From Amoebophrya sp. A120 (Eukaryota; Protista; Dinoflagellata), in assembly GCA_905178155.1 (NCBI GenBank), contig CAJINV010000002.1, positions 4,769,709 through 4,833,708 on the forward strand: a stretch of 64,000 bases of DNA, read 5' to 3'. Position 1 is the first letter of the stretch; every line of letters starts with the position of its first letter. Both the position numbers and the translations under genes were made by a program. Below the pieces are notes generated by a model, which ran no database searches, had not been told where the DNA came from, and saw only the letters and a program-made list of their open reading frames with translations. Positions 24,506 through 37,417 of the stretch are shown here, in pieces.

Positions 24506-27059
24506 CAGTCTCGATTTTTACGTCAGAGCACGCGTAAGTAGGGTACCAAGCACAATGCGAACTCCCTTCCGCTTGTGGTGTTGCAATATATTTTACTGAC
24601 GAGTTGTCGCAGCTGCTTCTCGTTCCTCTTCTTCTTCCGTTGCTTTTAATTCTTAAAAAAAAGCCGCTGACTTCCGCTCAGTGGTTGCCAAGCAGGAGTC
24701 CGCTTTTTCGGTTTGAAGACTTTGTGTCGTCGCTGCCTCGAGTACGGAGTTGTAGTCGTAAAGGCGGTCTTGTTCTTCGAAAAGAAACCGGAAGCGGTAC
24801 TGCTTCTTGAGATGGTGTGTGTCCCTGTCCCAGCAGACGACGAGAGCGAGTCTGCTTGTAAATCCAGATCCAGTTCGTCGCGCGTTACAATGATTTTCCT
24901 CTGGTCCTGTGATGGTGCCTGAAGTGAGATTGATGCGCCGGCTTTGAACTGGTTTCCGCCAGTCTCGCTTATCAGTATTTCTACTAAATTCTAAGGTCTA
25001 AATTCTTATTCATGACCCATAAACCCTTTGTCGCATTTTTGGTACGGCCCGGTCTCAGACGCGGATCTCAATCTACTAGGTCTGTACAACAGGACCAGTA
25101 CAAGCGCGATGCTCATCGTTGAAGTCCTACGGACCAGCCCACTCCTGGAAATGCTCGCAGCGACGCGATTGGAGGCAACGCTATTCTGCTAGTGGGAGCA
25201 GGCACTACGACGAACAGCCTGGCGGACTGTAGGTCTTCTAGACTGTTCTTTTACAACGCTGCTGAGCATCCTGCTCTGCTGCAGCGAGCAGCCACGAAGA
25301 GTCCCCACGGATTTTGATGTGCGTGTGCGAGCACGAAGTGAACGAGCTGGCACCACAATCGGTTTGCCCCCACACACTACCTAAACTACCCTAGAGCGCT
25401 TTAGTGTACACGAGAACGAAAAGCCAAGCTCAACAGAGGTACGATCGGGTATGAAGTGGCATGGGGCAGGCAAGGGCAACGCTCTCGAAATAATGGCAGG
25501 CAAACATCGACTTTGGAATGGAAACGGTCCCACACTGCGCACGCGGAGGCACAGGGGTAAGCGGTGCCCACGCCGACAATAGAGGTCAAACGTGATGCGT
25601 CTCGCTCAATAAGGGCCTACATGCATGTCGAGATGAGAGGTAAGACGGAAGCGACGTCAAATGCAAAAGAAAGATGCCCGCACCGCTCAAATCAGCAAAG
25701 ATTCAGCAAGAGACCGCCTCTGCCAGCGGCGTGCAACACCTCCGTCAATCTTGATGATCAATGTAATTCATGATATTAAAGCACCTTTGCCGTCGCGTCT
25801 CTGTTGGCAAGATGGCTCTTCTTGATGTTGGTGCACCTAGTTTGCCCTTTCGTCTCGAAGATTATGTTGCGCTTTTTTTCCTTTCCTTCTGGAGTTTCGT
25901 CGCGATTCTGTTCTTTGATGAGTTTTGGTTCAGGCCGAAAGTCTCCTCGTCCTTAGTTTCAAGATGAAGATGGTATAGGTTAGAGAGTTAACAACTCTTC
26001 TTTTGGATATCGTTTTGTTCTTCTCGTATCTTGTGGTACTTTTGAAAGCAAGTTTTTTAAGTGGTGTTTTCAGAGTGAGTAAGTAGTTGTTGAGAGGCAA
26101 CCAAAAGCTTTGGTCAAAACCTTGGTGAGCTCCTGTAAGTTTTTGGCGTGCAGTTGAGGATTCACTCTTGAGGTTTACGAGGCAGGCCGTCAGGCAAGTC
26201 AAGTGAGTTCATCTCTTCGTAATGTTGAAGCGCAAGAAGGCCATCTACCACTACTAAATCTAGTAGTAAACGTACCGACAGTACGAGAAAGCCCTTCGCA
26301 GGGGCACGAACGAAATGCGTATGCGCACGACTCTACGGATGAGCAATCTTCAGGTGTACGAGGAATTTGGACGAACCGAGACGGCTTTATTTCCTTCTTT
26401 ACCTTATTTGCCTTTCGTTCAATGTTATGAACGCGCAGACGAACGAGACCGAGTCCGTAGATGGGTACTCACGTGACGTTGGAGTCGTAGTACCGATAGC
26501 AGAACCCGATGTCTCTATAGGCTAACCGAGACGCAAAACGCTGGAATAAAAGCCGATACCTCAAAGAAAGTTCACGAAGAGAAAAACCGAAACAGGCCTC
26601 TCGAAAAAAAAAACAGACTTTTTCAAAAGCCGACTTTTTCATATTGATGAAAAGACATAGACAAATAGCACTAAACTCGGACTAAAGTTGCAGCAAGAGC
26701 TGGGAATATAGGCGTCCGCGTAATAAAATTGAACAGGATCTTCATGCCTGCGCAAAAAACGTGCCTAAACGACGAGCCTCCAATGTCTATTGTTTTCGTC
26801 TGTCCATGTCGAACAGGGAAAGCGAGAGGAAAGCTGTCCATGATCTGCACTCCAACAGCAAATCGAAGTTCAACAGCGCTTTCCCAGCGACCGCACCACG
26901 GCAATCAAGGTTCGAGAGACATCAATTTGCTTTGACAAAGGTATTGCCAGCGTAGAAGCGGACGAGTCCGCTCTTCATCCTTTTGCTCTCATCCGTATCG
27001 ATCCTTCTCGTTGTTCTCCTTGTTGGCAGCTGAGAAATATCAATACCTACTTACTTACT

Positions 27060-28064
27060 TCACCGTCGCAATATGTAGTCCACGTGATTTTTATCCCTCT
27101 CCGGCACAGCAGGCTCTGCACCTTCTCCATAATAATCTCCGTCTTCCCTTCCTTTCAGCGGAACCCAAACCAGCTTGATGCGCTCTCGTTCCTGGGGTGA
27201 CAATTGCCGGCTGCATTGCCGTAAAACGCGCAGGTTGTCATCGAGAAGAAAGATTCTATTTCCGCAGGGGCGTGAAGGTGAGGTTGAAACTGAAAGTCTG
27301 GTGGACTCTGCGCTTCTCGTCAACGACGCAATCCCGGTGCTCTTGCCCTCACCACAGGCACCGGTCCCCTGCCTTCTTGAAAGTCGAGAGCGCGAACGGT
27401 TCTGAGCTTGTGGCCGTCCACAGTTTGTAGCTCCAGTTTCAGGGGGAAAAGCGACAGGCACAGGGGCGACCGAGTCACGAATCTTGGGGTTCGTCACCTG
27501 CTTCGTGCAACTAGAAAATCTCGTCCCGTCCGGCAGGACCACAGGTTGTCGAGAACTCTCCGGCAGGACCACAGGTTGTCGAGAACTTCCGTCCAAGAAC
27601 TGGCGTAGAACCTCGAACTTCCGGGTTTTCAAGCCGCGATGTCCGCTCCCGGAGCTGCAACAGCCAGCTCGGATGATTTCAAATGAATCAGAATCAAACC
27701 GGTGTGCTAGAAAAGCCCTGACATTTTCCTCTTTATTCGCGGTGATGACGATCAGAGAGGAGTGTTGAACAAGAGCGTTCTCCGGCTCTTGTCCGCGACC
27801 TGCTTCAACTTTGTGGTTCTTCATCTGACCACCAGACGCTTTTAAATGTATTAAATCAACACTCTCTCGTCGTCGTCCACACAAAATACTCTTCGCAAAA
27901 CTGATCACCTTTTCGCACGCGACCTGCTTGCCCTGCCTCTGTTCCTTTCCGGGGAGCGCAGCCTGGCCCTTGCTGTTGACACTTGAATGGAGGACGCCAT
28001 CAAAGTCAAAGCAAACAAGATCGCGCGGATCAAAAATCAGTGGCGGCTCGAAACGCAGGCTCAT
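27060..28064 (-). CDS. HAD-superfamily phosphatase-like protein
   Basis: Motif I CFDFDGVL, motif II IVITA, motif III Lys (TRKFEVL) and motif IV IFLLDD occur in the correct order; ATG start. Confidence 0.8.
   Translation of the reverse strand: MSLRFEPPLIFDPRDLVCFDFDGVLHSSVNSKGQAALPGKEQRQGKQVACEKVISFAKSILCGRRRESVDLIHLKASGGQMKNHKVEAGRGQEPENALVQHSSLIVITANKEENVRAFLAHRFDSDSFEIIRAGCCSSGSGHRGLKTRKFEVLRQFLDGSSRQPVVLPESSRQPVVLPDGTRFSSCTKQVTNPKIRDSVAPVPVAFPPETGATNCGRPQAQNRSRSRLSRRQGTGACGEGKSTGIASLTRSAESTRLSVSTSPSRPCGNRIFLLDDNLRVLRQCSRQLSPQERERIKLVWVPLKGREDGDYYGEGAEPAVPERDKNHVDYILRR
27530..27589. repeat. 30-nt in-frame tandem duplication (SSRQPVVLP x2)
   Basis: ccggcaggaccacaggttgtcgagaact repeated twice; absent from the duplicate near 20170. 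Confidence 0.9.
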
Positions 28065-29183
28065 GTTGTTTTGGGTGGAGGGGTATTGGAGCTGTAATGG
28101 AATGCTCTTGTTTTACTTAGCAGCAGGCGGAACGAAAAAGTAAAAGCTACTGCTATTCATTGCCGTGCGTCTACAATAAAAATCAATCTATGCTTATCCG
28201 CACTGGAGGTTGCTGCTCAAACAAAAAAAAAATTAATTCAAACTTATCTCACTATTCCACAAGCGTAGTTGTCGCACTGCTTCCTACGACAGCACCCGCG
28301 AGGACGCTGCGACCTGCTATTAACGAGATAACAGCGAACATCATACGCGAGAGGACACAGAAGCTACAGAAAAACTGATATTTGTCAGACAGTAGAGCGA
28401 ATGAAAAAAGCGACTGAGTAGTCGTTTCTTGATTCCACAGTGCTGATTTGAATTACAAGAAAAAACTAAAGTGGCACGACAAGTCGAGATCTTGATGTTC
28501 ATCAATCAGGAAATATCGGGGAAGCATACGACTCCGATTGAGGACCGCCAGCTGAAAAAGACACTTCCTGTAGCTCCGCCCCTTTTTGTTAGGTAAAGGT
28601 GCAGGGTCGGCATTGCATGTTGTCCTTCCGGTTCCGATATTGTCACGTCAGGACATAAAAGCGTTTTATACATATGGTTCTTCATCTTTTCGCTGCGTTC
28701 CTTTTTCTGTCTGCCGCTGCGATTATTATATACCATCTCGTTGACTTTTTCTTTCAGGAGAGGAAACGAAGGCCAAAAGAGATAAGGGTGAAGGTGATAC
28801 TAAGTAGCAATAGGTTTAGGAGGAAGCGAATACGATAACCATTACGAAGATAATTGTACTATCCCGTGACGCGCACGCGTAAGCCGCGATGGCGGTGACA
28901 CTTCTAGGTAGTACGTCAACACCGATCTTCAGGGAGATGCACATTTATTGAGCATTCATTGGCTGCAGCAGTAGGAATGCCTGCAACTGCCTGTCAAACA
29001 TTTACACTGTGACTGTTAGATGTTTTTTTACATTTGTTTATATCCATATTTATAGCAGCTTAGTCGATCGAACCAACATGACTACAACAGCTCTGTGACA
29101 AACTACCACGAGAATCATAAAGTACCATGGCAACAGTTTATACTTGTTTTTAAGTACTACACTCCTAGTTCCACGACGAAGTA

Positions 29184-31719
29184 CTACACTCCGACCTCCT
29201 CCCGGGGGAAGGGTTCCTGGCGCAGGCCGCCGAACTTCTCGGCCTCCTCGCTTGAAAAGCACTGGAAAAGTGTCCTGTGTAAAAACGCGTGCAACTACCC
29301 AGACTTGTTTTTTTGTCATGCAGATTTACATTTGCAGGAAGACGAACGCTTGTGATAGATCATCCAGCTCCCAAAAATAACAGGCATATTTTGTAACATC
29401 CTGTGAACAACTTGTCATGCGTGACTCTTAAAACTTCAACTTCTGGATGTGTGTTGCAGAAATTGCATGTCCATGTTGACTCTGGCCGGGGGGTAGGCAC
29501 GACGTTTTCACACGGCATAAAAGGCACTGGCTGCTTCAGCTGAAGATCGACGGCAAAATTGTGGTACGCCGTGTCGGGGAGGTCGTAGCCCTTGATACTC
29601 CTCGTATTCGTCAGTCGATAATTGTATGCTGTGTTAACTCGTAGGTATACCCACCACCGTTGGGTTCTTTGTCATGGAGATTGATTTGCATGCCCAAAAT
29701 GTCATTCATACAGCAAAATCCACATCGAAGGCAATTATTTTCATCTGGTCGTTGTGTTGGGCGGCAGTTCGAGTTTGTATGTACTTAAGCAAGTGGTTTA
29801 GAAGTACTAACGCCGCGGCTACCCGCGCATATCGTGACTGAGACGAGGACCAGGGTGTGTACTTAGTCAACAACATGTGAATGTGTAAACAATCTCTACA
29901 AGAACAACTTCTTGATTTATCCAACGCAGACTTTGTTCATCCAACCTTGACTATGGGGTCGTGCTCGTGGGTAAGTACTACGTTTTCACACCGGATAAAT
30001 TCTGCATCTGGATGAGCAAGGGCTTAGTACACCTTGCCAGGTTGATCATCACGCGGTCCATCTTTGCCTTGATTTTCCCGTTGTTTTGTCGACACCTAGT
30101 TGCGTTTTTGGATCAAACCATGTAAGTAAACGCGGCCCTCGATCTATTTACTTTGCGAATGTTTGCTTACTGTGGGCAGAGTATGCAACAAAACCAAAAC
30201 TCTAATGAACTTCGGTCAACGCACAGTGGAAAACAAATGAGTGAGCAACGACAAGCGCCGCAGACTCCCGAAAAACTGGTAACCGTGCTTTTGTAAAGTA
30301 AAAATTTTCATGCATGACTCAGATCGTGTTCTTTATTTACCTGACAAATTGGTGCTGGTCCCCAAAAACGTGGAAGGTTTGCTCGAAGCAGGACAAAAAG
30401 ACGCACAGCTCGAGTTTTTTGGTGTGCCAGATACCGTTGCGGCCCCACCTCCTGCGGAACTCTTCGTCGAGAGCATAGATCTGGTGTAACAAGAAAGCAC
30501 GTTTCACTTTTTCGACGCGTATCAATTTTGTAATGAAGTTTCCGCAGGAAAACTGTGATTGTGTTGTATTCAACTGTAGAGATGACGACCATCAAGAAAA
30601 TCCTCAAGATCTTCTGTTTATGCTCCAACAAATAATACGTTCCAGCTTGTGCTTTTTCCCCGGCTGGGTCGGTCCTGAAGAATGCGCAGCAGGTCCTCGG
30701 CGTCGAGCTGTGCCACCTGGCGGTCGCGAAACGAGAAGATCAAATGCATCCCGAGGAAAATCAACGCACCAGTACCCCCAGTGATTCATAGTCAACACGA
30801 TGGGAAATGATTTCTTTGATACATCACGACAACCGGGAAATAATTTGAATTTGATACACGATTTAGAAGCTCCTTCGCATGAGAAACGTTCTGAGAATGG
30901 CAATGGAAACTCGCGACATGGAGTGTTATTACTTTGGGTTGCGGGTACGTTAAGTTCACTCAAGATAACCTGCCCGCTGCTGCTGATGTGGGTACCGACG
31001 GTGGTGGGTTTAGACTCGTCTTTGGACTCCACCACAGTCAGTGATTGGTCCTGTACCGCACACTATCACACAGAAAACTGTCACCTTTGTCATGCAATAA
31101 ATCGCACGTAGACCGGTGGATTCCTCTATTTCGATCGTCATCGTCCCTCGCCTCTGTAGTACAGCTTTTGCCTGGACGATGTTTCCAAAACTTTTTTCAT
31201 GTTGACACAAAACCACCTAATATTTTGACATGCTGTCAGTATTTTTCTGTGTCATAGATACCCGTCGTTTAGGTGGTACCGGTGGTAGGTGTGTTTCCAA
31301 TCCTGTCGCTCTGGCACCAAAGTCTTGATTGTAGCCAAGTTGTCGGACTGTAGTTTGTAGTTCGAGGAACGATTTATTGTTGTTGCTAGCTAGTGGTCAC
31401 TCACCCGCACATTGCAGTGCACCCAAATCAATATCAAAGACAAATAATCGCGAATCCATATAGGCGTAGTAAAGTATCGTACCTGTATGCTCTGGTTTAT
31501 TATTGGATTGCTGGTGGATCGCTGCAACCGGTGCACTTTGCTCCTAAACGGTAAGGCGTGGTAGTACGGCTCTGGGGGTGCGTCAAAGTTGTAGAAGCGT
31601 GTGTCAGCCCCGTCTTCCAGTTGCAACTTGTACCGGAGGTCTGGCCGGACGCGGGTCGCCGGAAAGGGCGGCGGCGGAACATTCGCTATGTCAGGCGGAA
31701 CGTACACGCGACCCGTCAT
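29184..31719 (-). CDS. Multi-exon hypothetical protein
   Basis: An open frame is rebuilt through GT-AG introns 31390-31482 and 30096-30340, introners 29625-29997 and 29271-29519, and two less certain introns. It reads MTGRVYVPP...HLNDG/YWCVDFP...LER/VEKVK...FVR/CRQNNGK...QMQN/YRLTN...PVPF/QCFSSEE...EVGV*. Confidence 0.65.
29271..29519. mobile_element. Introner family D (249 bp)
   Basis: TIR tgtcctgtgtaaaaacgcgtgc / gcacgacgttttcacacggcata; flanks aaaag/aaagg; removing 254 nt is in frame. Confidence 0.75.
29625..29997. mobile_element. Introner family D-like (373 bp)
   Basis: Ends tatgctgtgttaactcgtag / ctacgttttcacaccggata; flanks aattg/aattc; removing 378 nt gives QMQNYRL. Confidence 0.75.
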
Positions 31720-32615
31720 GGCTTTGGTGTGTTTTTCTTTTAACAAGATTGGCGGAAGGAAATACTCGGTCTCCGGTCTAGTGTTTTTTCCGTCTTGCTC
31801 TGCTCAGTTAGGACTGCATGAGCTGCTCGTGCTCTTTCGTATTGGCAGAAAAGACATTGGACGATGGATCACGGAATACATTCTGATCAATACCTGCTGT
31901 AGCAGAAATGGTTTCTCTACTCCTCTCTTTGCTGACAACCGATCGCAGCGGCGACGTCGATGGGATAAGACGAATTGAAGCTAGTTCCAACACACGACGA
32001 TGATGTAGACGTAGTTCATTGTCCTCCAACCAGATTTACTCTCAACTTACGTCGCGATGACAATGTGCGAAGTAGACAAGAAGTGGTTGCAGCCTCGACA
32101 ACAACCTTCACTCACTCGCGAACGACAACACTCGCGGAAGACAGAAGGACTTCTTTCAACTACATTGCAATGTAAAATCAAAATGAAGTTTGAGTAGATC
32201 ACTGTAGCCGGTGCGAACTGCAAGGTTTAGAATGCTTGACCTGTCGTGTTGGGTTGAAGAGAAGAAAGCGAAGAGGAATTCTAAATTGACCCTAGCTAGG
32301 ATGGGCGCGGCGCGTGTGTGGATACTTCTTTCAACTATAGACAACCAACGTTCTTGCCGAAATGGTGCGATCGAGCAGAAACACCAGCGTTGCCTTCCTT
32401 CAAAGCCGTAGGTGGTTCCTTGAGGACAGGTGCTTCCGTGTTGGTGCCTTCCGGCGCTTTTCCTCATTCTAAAATCACGCTTTGGTCTTGCTGTTTCCTT
32501 TCAATCACAATCATTGTCAAAAACAAACAACATCTACTTTCGTCAAAAAACCTCCAAAATCGGGCAAGAGAATCAGACCTCATCAAAAAAGACCACCTTC
32601 TAACTATGTCATTCA

Positions 32616-35600
32616 TCAGCTCGTCGAAGCCGCAGGTACGCCTGCGACCGCCGTCGGTTCCGCCCCGCTGGCGCTTGCGCCCGGCGGCGCTGCAGGCAGC
32701 TCGGGTGGCTTTTCTTGTAGCTGCAGCTGCTCCACTCCCTCTGCGTTCGCGGCAGCGACAGGAACGGCGCTGGTAGTCGCACCAATACTATTGTCCTTCT
32801 CGACGGCAAGACCACCCCCTGTAGTTGCGGGGGCTGTAGCTTCCCCGGCGGCCGGAGCGGTCGTGGATGAGGCTGCTGCGGCAGATGCTCTTGTGCCCAG
32901 CTCGTCCTCATTCGGCTTCACCTGCACGAGTTCGACTTCCCCCGCGGCAGCATCGGTAGTCGTCGGAGGACTTGCTTGAGACTCCGCAGGGCCGACTGCA
33001 CCTGCTGCACTCGCACTACTTGCGTCCGGAGCATTACTAGCTACAGTTGTGCTCATCTTTAACCCCTCCTGTTGTGGTGCCGCCGGCAGGTCTTGCTCAA
33101 CCCCTCCTGTTGTGGTGCCGCCGGCAACGTCGGTTTCTGCCGCAGTATTTCCTTCCTCCACTTCTACCACCGGAGCTGCTTCATCGCCCTCCGCAGCCTC
33201 GCCCTCCGGCTTCGCGAGAGCACCTCCAGCGCCCTGGTTCGCTTTCATCGCAGAGGACGTGTTAGTAGTGCCGGTTTTGAGGACGTCAATTTCTTGCTGT
33301 GCGTGGCCCAGAGCTTCCTCCAGATGGTCGATTTCGTCCTCCAAATCTTCTAACTCCGGTATCAAGAGGGAAAAAAAACACTTACGCTGGGACAGGATCA
33401 TTTTCCGTATTGCCTTATGCAAGTGCAGTGCGAAAGGCAAAGGAAATCTGAACGCTCGCCAAACCCAGCAGCCGTGGCCAGCACTCCTAGAAGAAGTTGC
33501 ACGTGTCCTACTGCCTTGTGTTCCTTTTGAACTGCAGCTAGCATGGATCTTGTGGCGGCCGACAAGATACATAGATTGAAGATGCTGATGCTACTTGTAT
33601 TTCCGTGTCATGCACATTCGATTCCGGCGATTACATGCACGAGGACAAAAATTTCGGTTCAATTATGTTCTACGTATAAATTCTTCCCTGTTTGATACCG
33701 GCGTCCGCGTCCTCGAGAGCGTGCTCGAGAAACTTGATTTTCTCCTTCAGTTTCTTCAATTCGAGTGTGTCCGTGGTTCGCGGCGTCGCTAATTCGTCGA
33801 TTTCTTTCAACTGGGCGGAAAAATTTTGCACTTTCGCGTGCATGTGGTGGTGCTGGTGTGGGTGTGTAGCCTTGGTTTTACTCTGGGCCGCGGGAGGCGC
33901 TGGTAGAGTTGTGTGGGATTTTCAACATCATGTGACACAAATTTCAGATGGGATCTCAAACAACAGACGAACTGGAAACGCGGCCGGCGCGAGATCCTCT
34001 TCTTATCGCGTAAAATGCAAGACGGGTTCCTCATGATCAGTGAAATTCAAAACGCATACAAGGGCGAGCCTTGCTCGAACAAAGATAAAATAGATACGTT
34101 TCCTTTCCCCTGCCGCAGCACTCTTCGCAGCCGCTTTTTCTCCTGATGCGGCTTCGTCTTTTGCGGTTTTGAGCTCTTTTTTCAAATCCTCAATCTGCTT
34201 CTCACGGAGAACCAATTCCTTCTGTTGCACCTCGTCCTCCTGTGCCTTCTTTTGTTTCAGGTCCAGCAGCTCATTAAACCGGCCTCGCTCCGCGTCTAGC
34301 AAGTCCGTCAGACGAGCGGCCTCGCGACCTAGGTAGAAATGGTGATAGTATAGCGATCAACTGGGCAGCGAGCCAAGTGCAACGAGGGATTCCGGTACTT
34401 AACGAGGGGAGGGTAAAGGCGAAGTTTAGAAGTTCCTCTCGAGTGAAATCTAGATAATTCGAATTCCCATGCACATGCGAACGCAAGGATAAAAACGCAG
34501 CAGCACGACACGCAGCAGCACGACACGCGGCACAAGCACGACCGAGGTCTGCTTCAGCACAAGAGTGATAAATCTTCTAGTAGATGAATTATACTCATGT
34601 CCTCCTTATCCTTCTCCAAAACTTTCACTTTCTCCTCCAGAGCGGCCTTCTCCTGCATCATGTTGTCACTTTCAATCTCCATCAACTTGCATCTCGCTTC
34701 CATCTCCTCCTTCTTTCGCCGTGTTTCGCTGAATTTCGCCACCTCCGCCATCAGCTTCTTCTGCTTCTCTTCTTCGGATATCCGGGGGAAAAAAAACGTC
34801 GCCTGGTTCTCCAAGGAAGACAACAACTAATGTTGCGCGTACAGCTAACTTTGCGCCGCGTGTAGCAGCAGGGGTGCAGATGAACATCTTTCCATTTTCT
34901 CCTAGCTGTTCACTCACCTGCACGAGGACACGAAGACGAAGCGGAAGCTTCGTTCTACTTCTATTTTCAAAATTGTTTTTCTGCTAAAATGCGATCTAGT
35001 GAAGTATTTGGAACAAGGAGGCTTGTACGACTTTCCACCAAGGATATCCGAGTGCAGTTGCTCGAGTTCTTCGACCCGCAGCTTGCTTGCTTCGCACTCC
35101 GTGGCGAGGAGCTGAATGGTGGTTTCGTATTCCTTCTTCAGCTTCAGCTCGATATCCCAGAGAAAAAAGCTGGCAGGGCATATTGATATTTGTAATGCAA
35201 AAATAAATACACAGAAAAACTTGTCATGGGCGGCCTCATAGCATGCTATTTAGGATACGCAATACAGATTTTTTTGTGTATTTATTTTTGCATTACAAAT
35301 GTGACCTGCCAGTTTTTTTCTGTGTGATACTCGAGTTCCACCTTCTCGCTGTGCATCTGCTCCTTCCGAATCACCACGTCCTGCATGTCCTCGACGGCGG
35401 CCGACATCTGCTGCTCCAGCATATGCATTGCAAAAGTATCGTACTAGAATAAATCGCATGACAAATTTTATCAGGAACAAAATTGGCATTTGTAATGCAG
35501 ATTTGGGTAGAAAGCCAGATTTGTCATGCATACCTGCAATAGCAATTCATACGAGTACGATACTTTTGCAGTGGATACAGCATCTGGGACACGTATTTCT

Positions 35601-37417
35601 CCTTTTTCAGCTGCTGCTGCAGCAATTCCAACTGCTTCTCCAGCTGGATGCGGTCGTGCTTCTCCCTGTTCAGCTCGTTCTTGAACCGTTCCGACTCGAA
35701 CTGCAGCTCCGTCCTTGACAAAATTTTGACCCGCGCCGGCGCCCGCGCTTTCTGGTCGTTCTCCTTCAGCACCGCGTCGAGCAACTTCTTCTGCTCGCCG
35801 TTCGTACTGTAGTCCCCCGCAATTTTCTTCAACAGCCCCCCGATAATCGCGTCCTGCTTCCCCAGCTCCTCCTGCAACTGCTTGATCACGTTTGTCCGCT
35901 TGTGCTCTTGCGAGGACTTCTTCAGCTCCAGATTCTCCTTCTTCAACTTGTCCACACTCGTCATCAGTGCCCGCACCTTGCTGTTCGCCAGTTTCTGCAC
36001 CGCGGCGACCTGCTCGGGTATCGGCTTGCCAGCGTTCCCATCCACCTGGTTTTGGAAGAGCAAGCCGCATCAAGCGGAAACATCCCCCCTCCCCATACTG
36101 AAAGGGCACGGCTCTAAAAATTTGTGATGCTGATTCGTGGGCACAAATCCTGTCTCTCTTGCAAGAGGGCAAATTCAGAGACTCCGCCACGATATGCAGG
36201 CAATTTGTAATGCTGCAAGGCCTATAGGGCTGACGTCTGCCATGCTAGGTCCCTACACCAAGAGGCCCCCCCTCTGGCGTACGATCTGCGTGCAGTCCTT
36301 TACTGCAAGACAAATGTGATTTGTGTACTCAAATACAGCAACACACATGTGGTTTTCGATATGGGGAGGGGGGATTTTTCCTTTTGATAAGCCGCGCTTC
36401 TTGTTCTCGACGGTGGGGGAGTTGGTGGTCGACTCGATGTGAAGAAAGGGGAGTTGATCCACGATTATCGAGGGAAAAAATAACTGTATATGTATCTATA
36501 AGTGTAAGTTTCTTGGAGGAACAGCACACAAGTTTCTGCATGACACAGAAAACTTGTCATGCATAGCTAGTATGTGAAAACACGCACGAAAAAGAAAATT
36601 GCCTCTGAGTCTGATGCATGTCCAGCATGACAAGTGAAACAGTTTTGCAGTTTCTGCAACACAAATTTACACTTACACAGTTTTTTTCTTGGATAACGGT
36701 GGACTTACGGTTAGTGTTGACGTTTTGCGGCAGGATCGTCGGGCGGATTTGGGATTGCTGCTCTGAAGGTGGGGGAGGAAAAAGTACTCCTGGGGCTCCT
36801 ACTTGCTGCTGCGGACCGGAGGGCAATCCCATGATCCCCTGTCCGGGTGCTGGTGCGGCCGGCGCGGATGACATTGTTGTGTATGCAGGTGGGCCAGGAA
36901 CCGAAGAACTCGGACCTGTTGATGTAATCGGCGCTAGATTCACGGGTGGTACCTGGGCGGCCGCGCCCGCGCCGCCGAGTTGTGTGTCTCTACTACTGGC
37001 ACCATTTTGTTGGCCTGCAGGTCCCTGCGCTGCAGCCGCAGTGCTGCTACCTCCGCCCATGACAGGGCGTGGGGTCGTCGTGCGTGGCGCATCCGGGGGT
37101 CGCGGGGTCGCACCAGAAGATACCGCGCCGGGTTGTTGCACGGACGGATAGGACGAGAATTGGCTTGATGATGTTCCAAGAACTCCTGCTTGCGGAGTAT
37201 TATACGCAGGTCCACCTCCCGTGGCTTTCGCGGACGCCGGGGCAGGCGACGTGGCTGCCGCAGAATACGGGTTGGTCGCCGTCGTGCTGGCCGCCGGAGC
37301 AGAGGGATAATTAGAAACTACACCTTGCTGCGAGGCACTAGAGGCTGCTGTAGCCGCCACGGGATTGATTCCCAAAAGCTGGTCAAGCAAGTTCGGTCCC
37401 TCTTCAGAAGGCGCCAT
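32616..37417 (-). CDS. Large coiled-coil protein with Pro/Ala-rich termini, about 9 exons
   Basis: In-frame junctions STV/DQL, KRGL/LFQ, SQML/EQQ, ELE/LKL, LHS/EEE, DMS/REA (GT-AG 34329-34594) and DA/ELED; one intron near 33920-34097 unresolved. Confidence 0.8.
33360..33697. mobile_element. TATC...GATA introner (338 bp)
   Basis: TIR tatcaagagggaa / ttccctgtttgata; flanking DR ccgg; frame requires removal of 343 nt (element plus 5). Confidence 0.75.
34779..35046. mobile_element. TATC...GATA introner (268 bp), degenerate
   Basis: Ends tatccggggg / ccaaggata; flanks tcgga/tccga; removing 273 nt is in frame. Confidence 0.75.
35153..35329. mobile_element. Foldback introner (177 bp)
   Basis: IR of about 65 nt (agaaaaaagctggcagg...atttgtaatgcaaaaataaatacaca and its reverse complement); perfect TSD ctcga; in-frame join. 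Confidence 0.92.
35422..35577. mobile_element. Introner family E (156 bp)
   Basis: TIR tatgcattgcaaaagtatcgtact / agtacgatacttttgcagtggata; perfect TSD cagca; in-frame join. Confidence 0.92.
36068..36389. mobile_element. Introner family C, copy 2 (322 bp)
   Basis: Collinear homolog of 9305-9625; TSD agccg; removing 327 nt is in frame. Confidence 0.92.
36466..36695. mobile_element. TATC...GATA introner (230 bp)
   Basis: TIR tatcgagggaaaaaataactgt / acagttttttttcttggata; flanks acgat/acggt; removing 235 nt fixes the frame. Confidence 0.85.

Noticed and set aside
30308-30631. Weak resemblance to a decayed hAT transposase
   Set aside because: The segments splice cleanly into the multi-exon gene 29184-31719; no DDE or dimerisation motif seen
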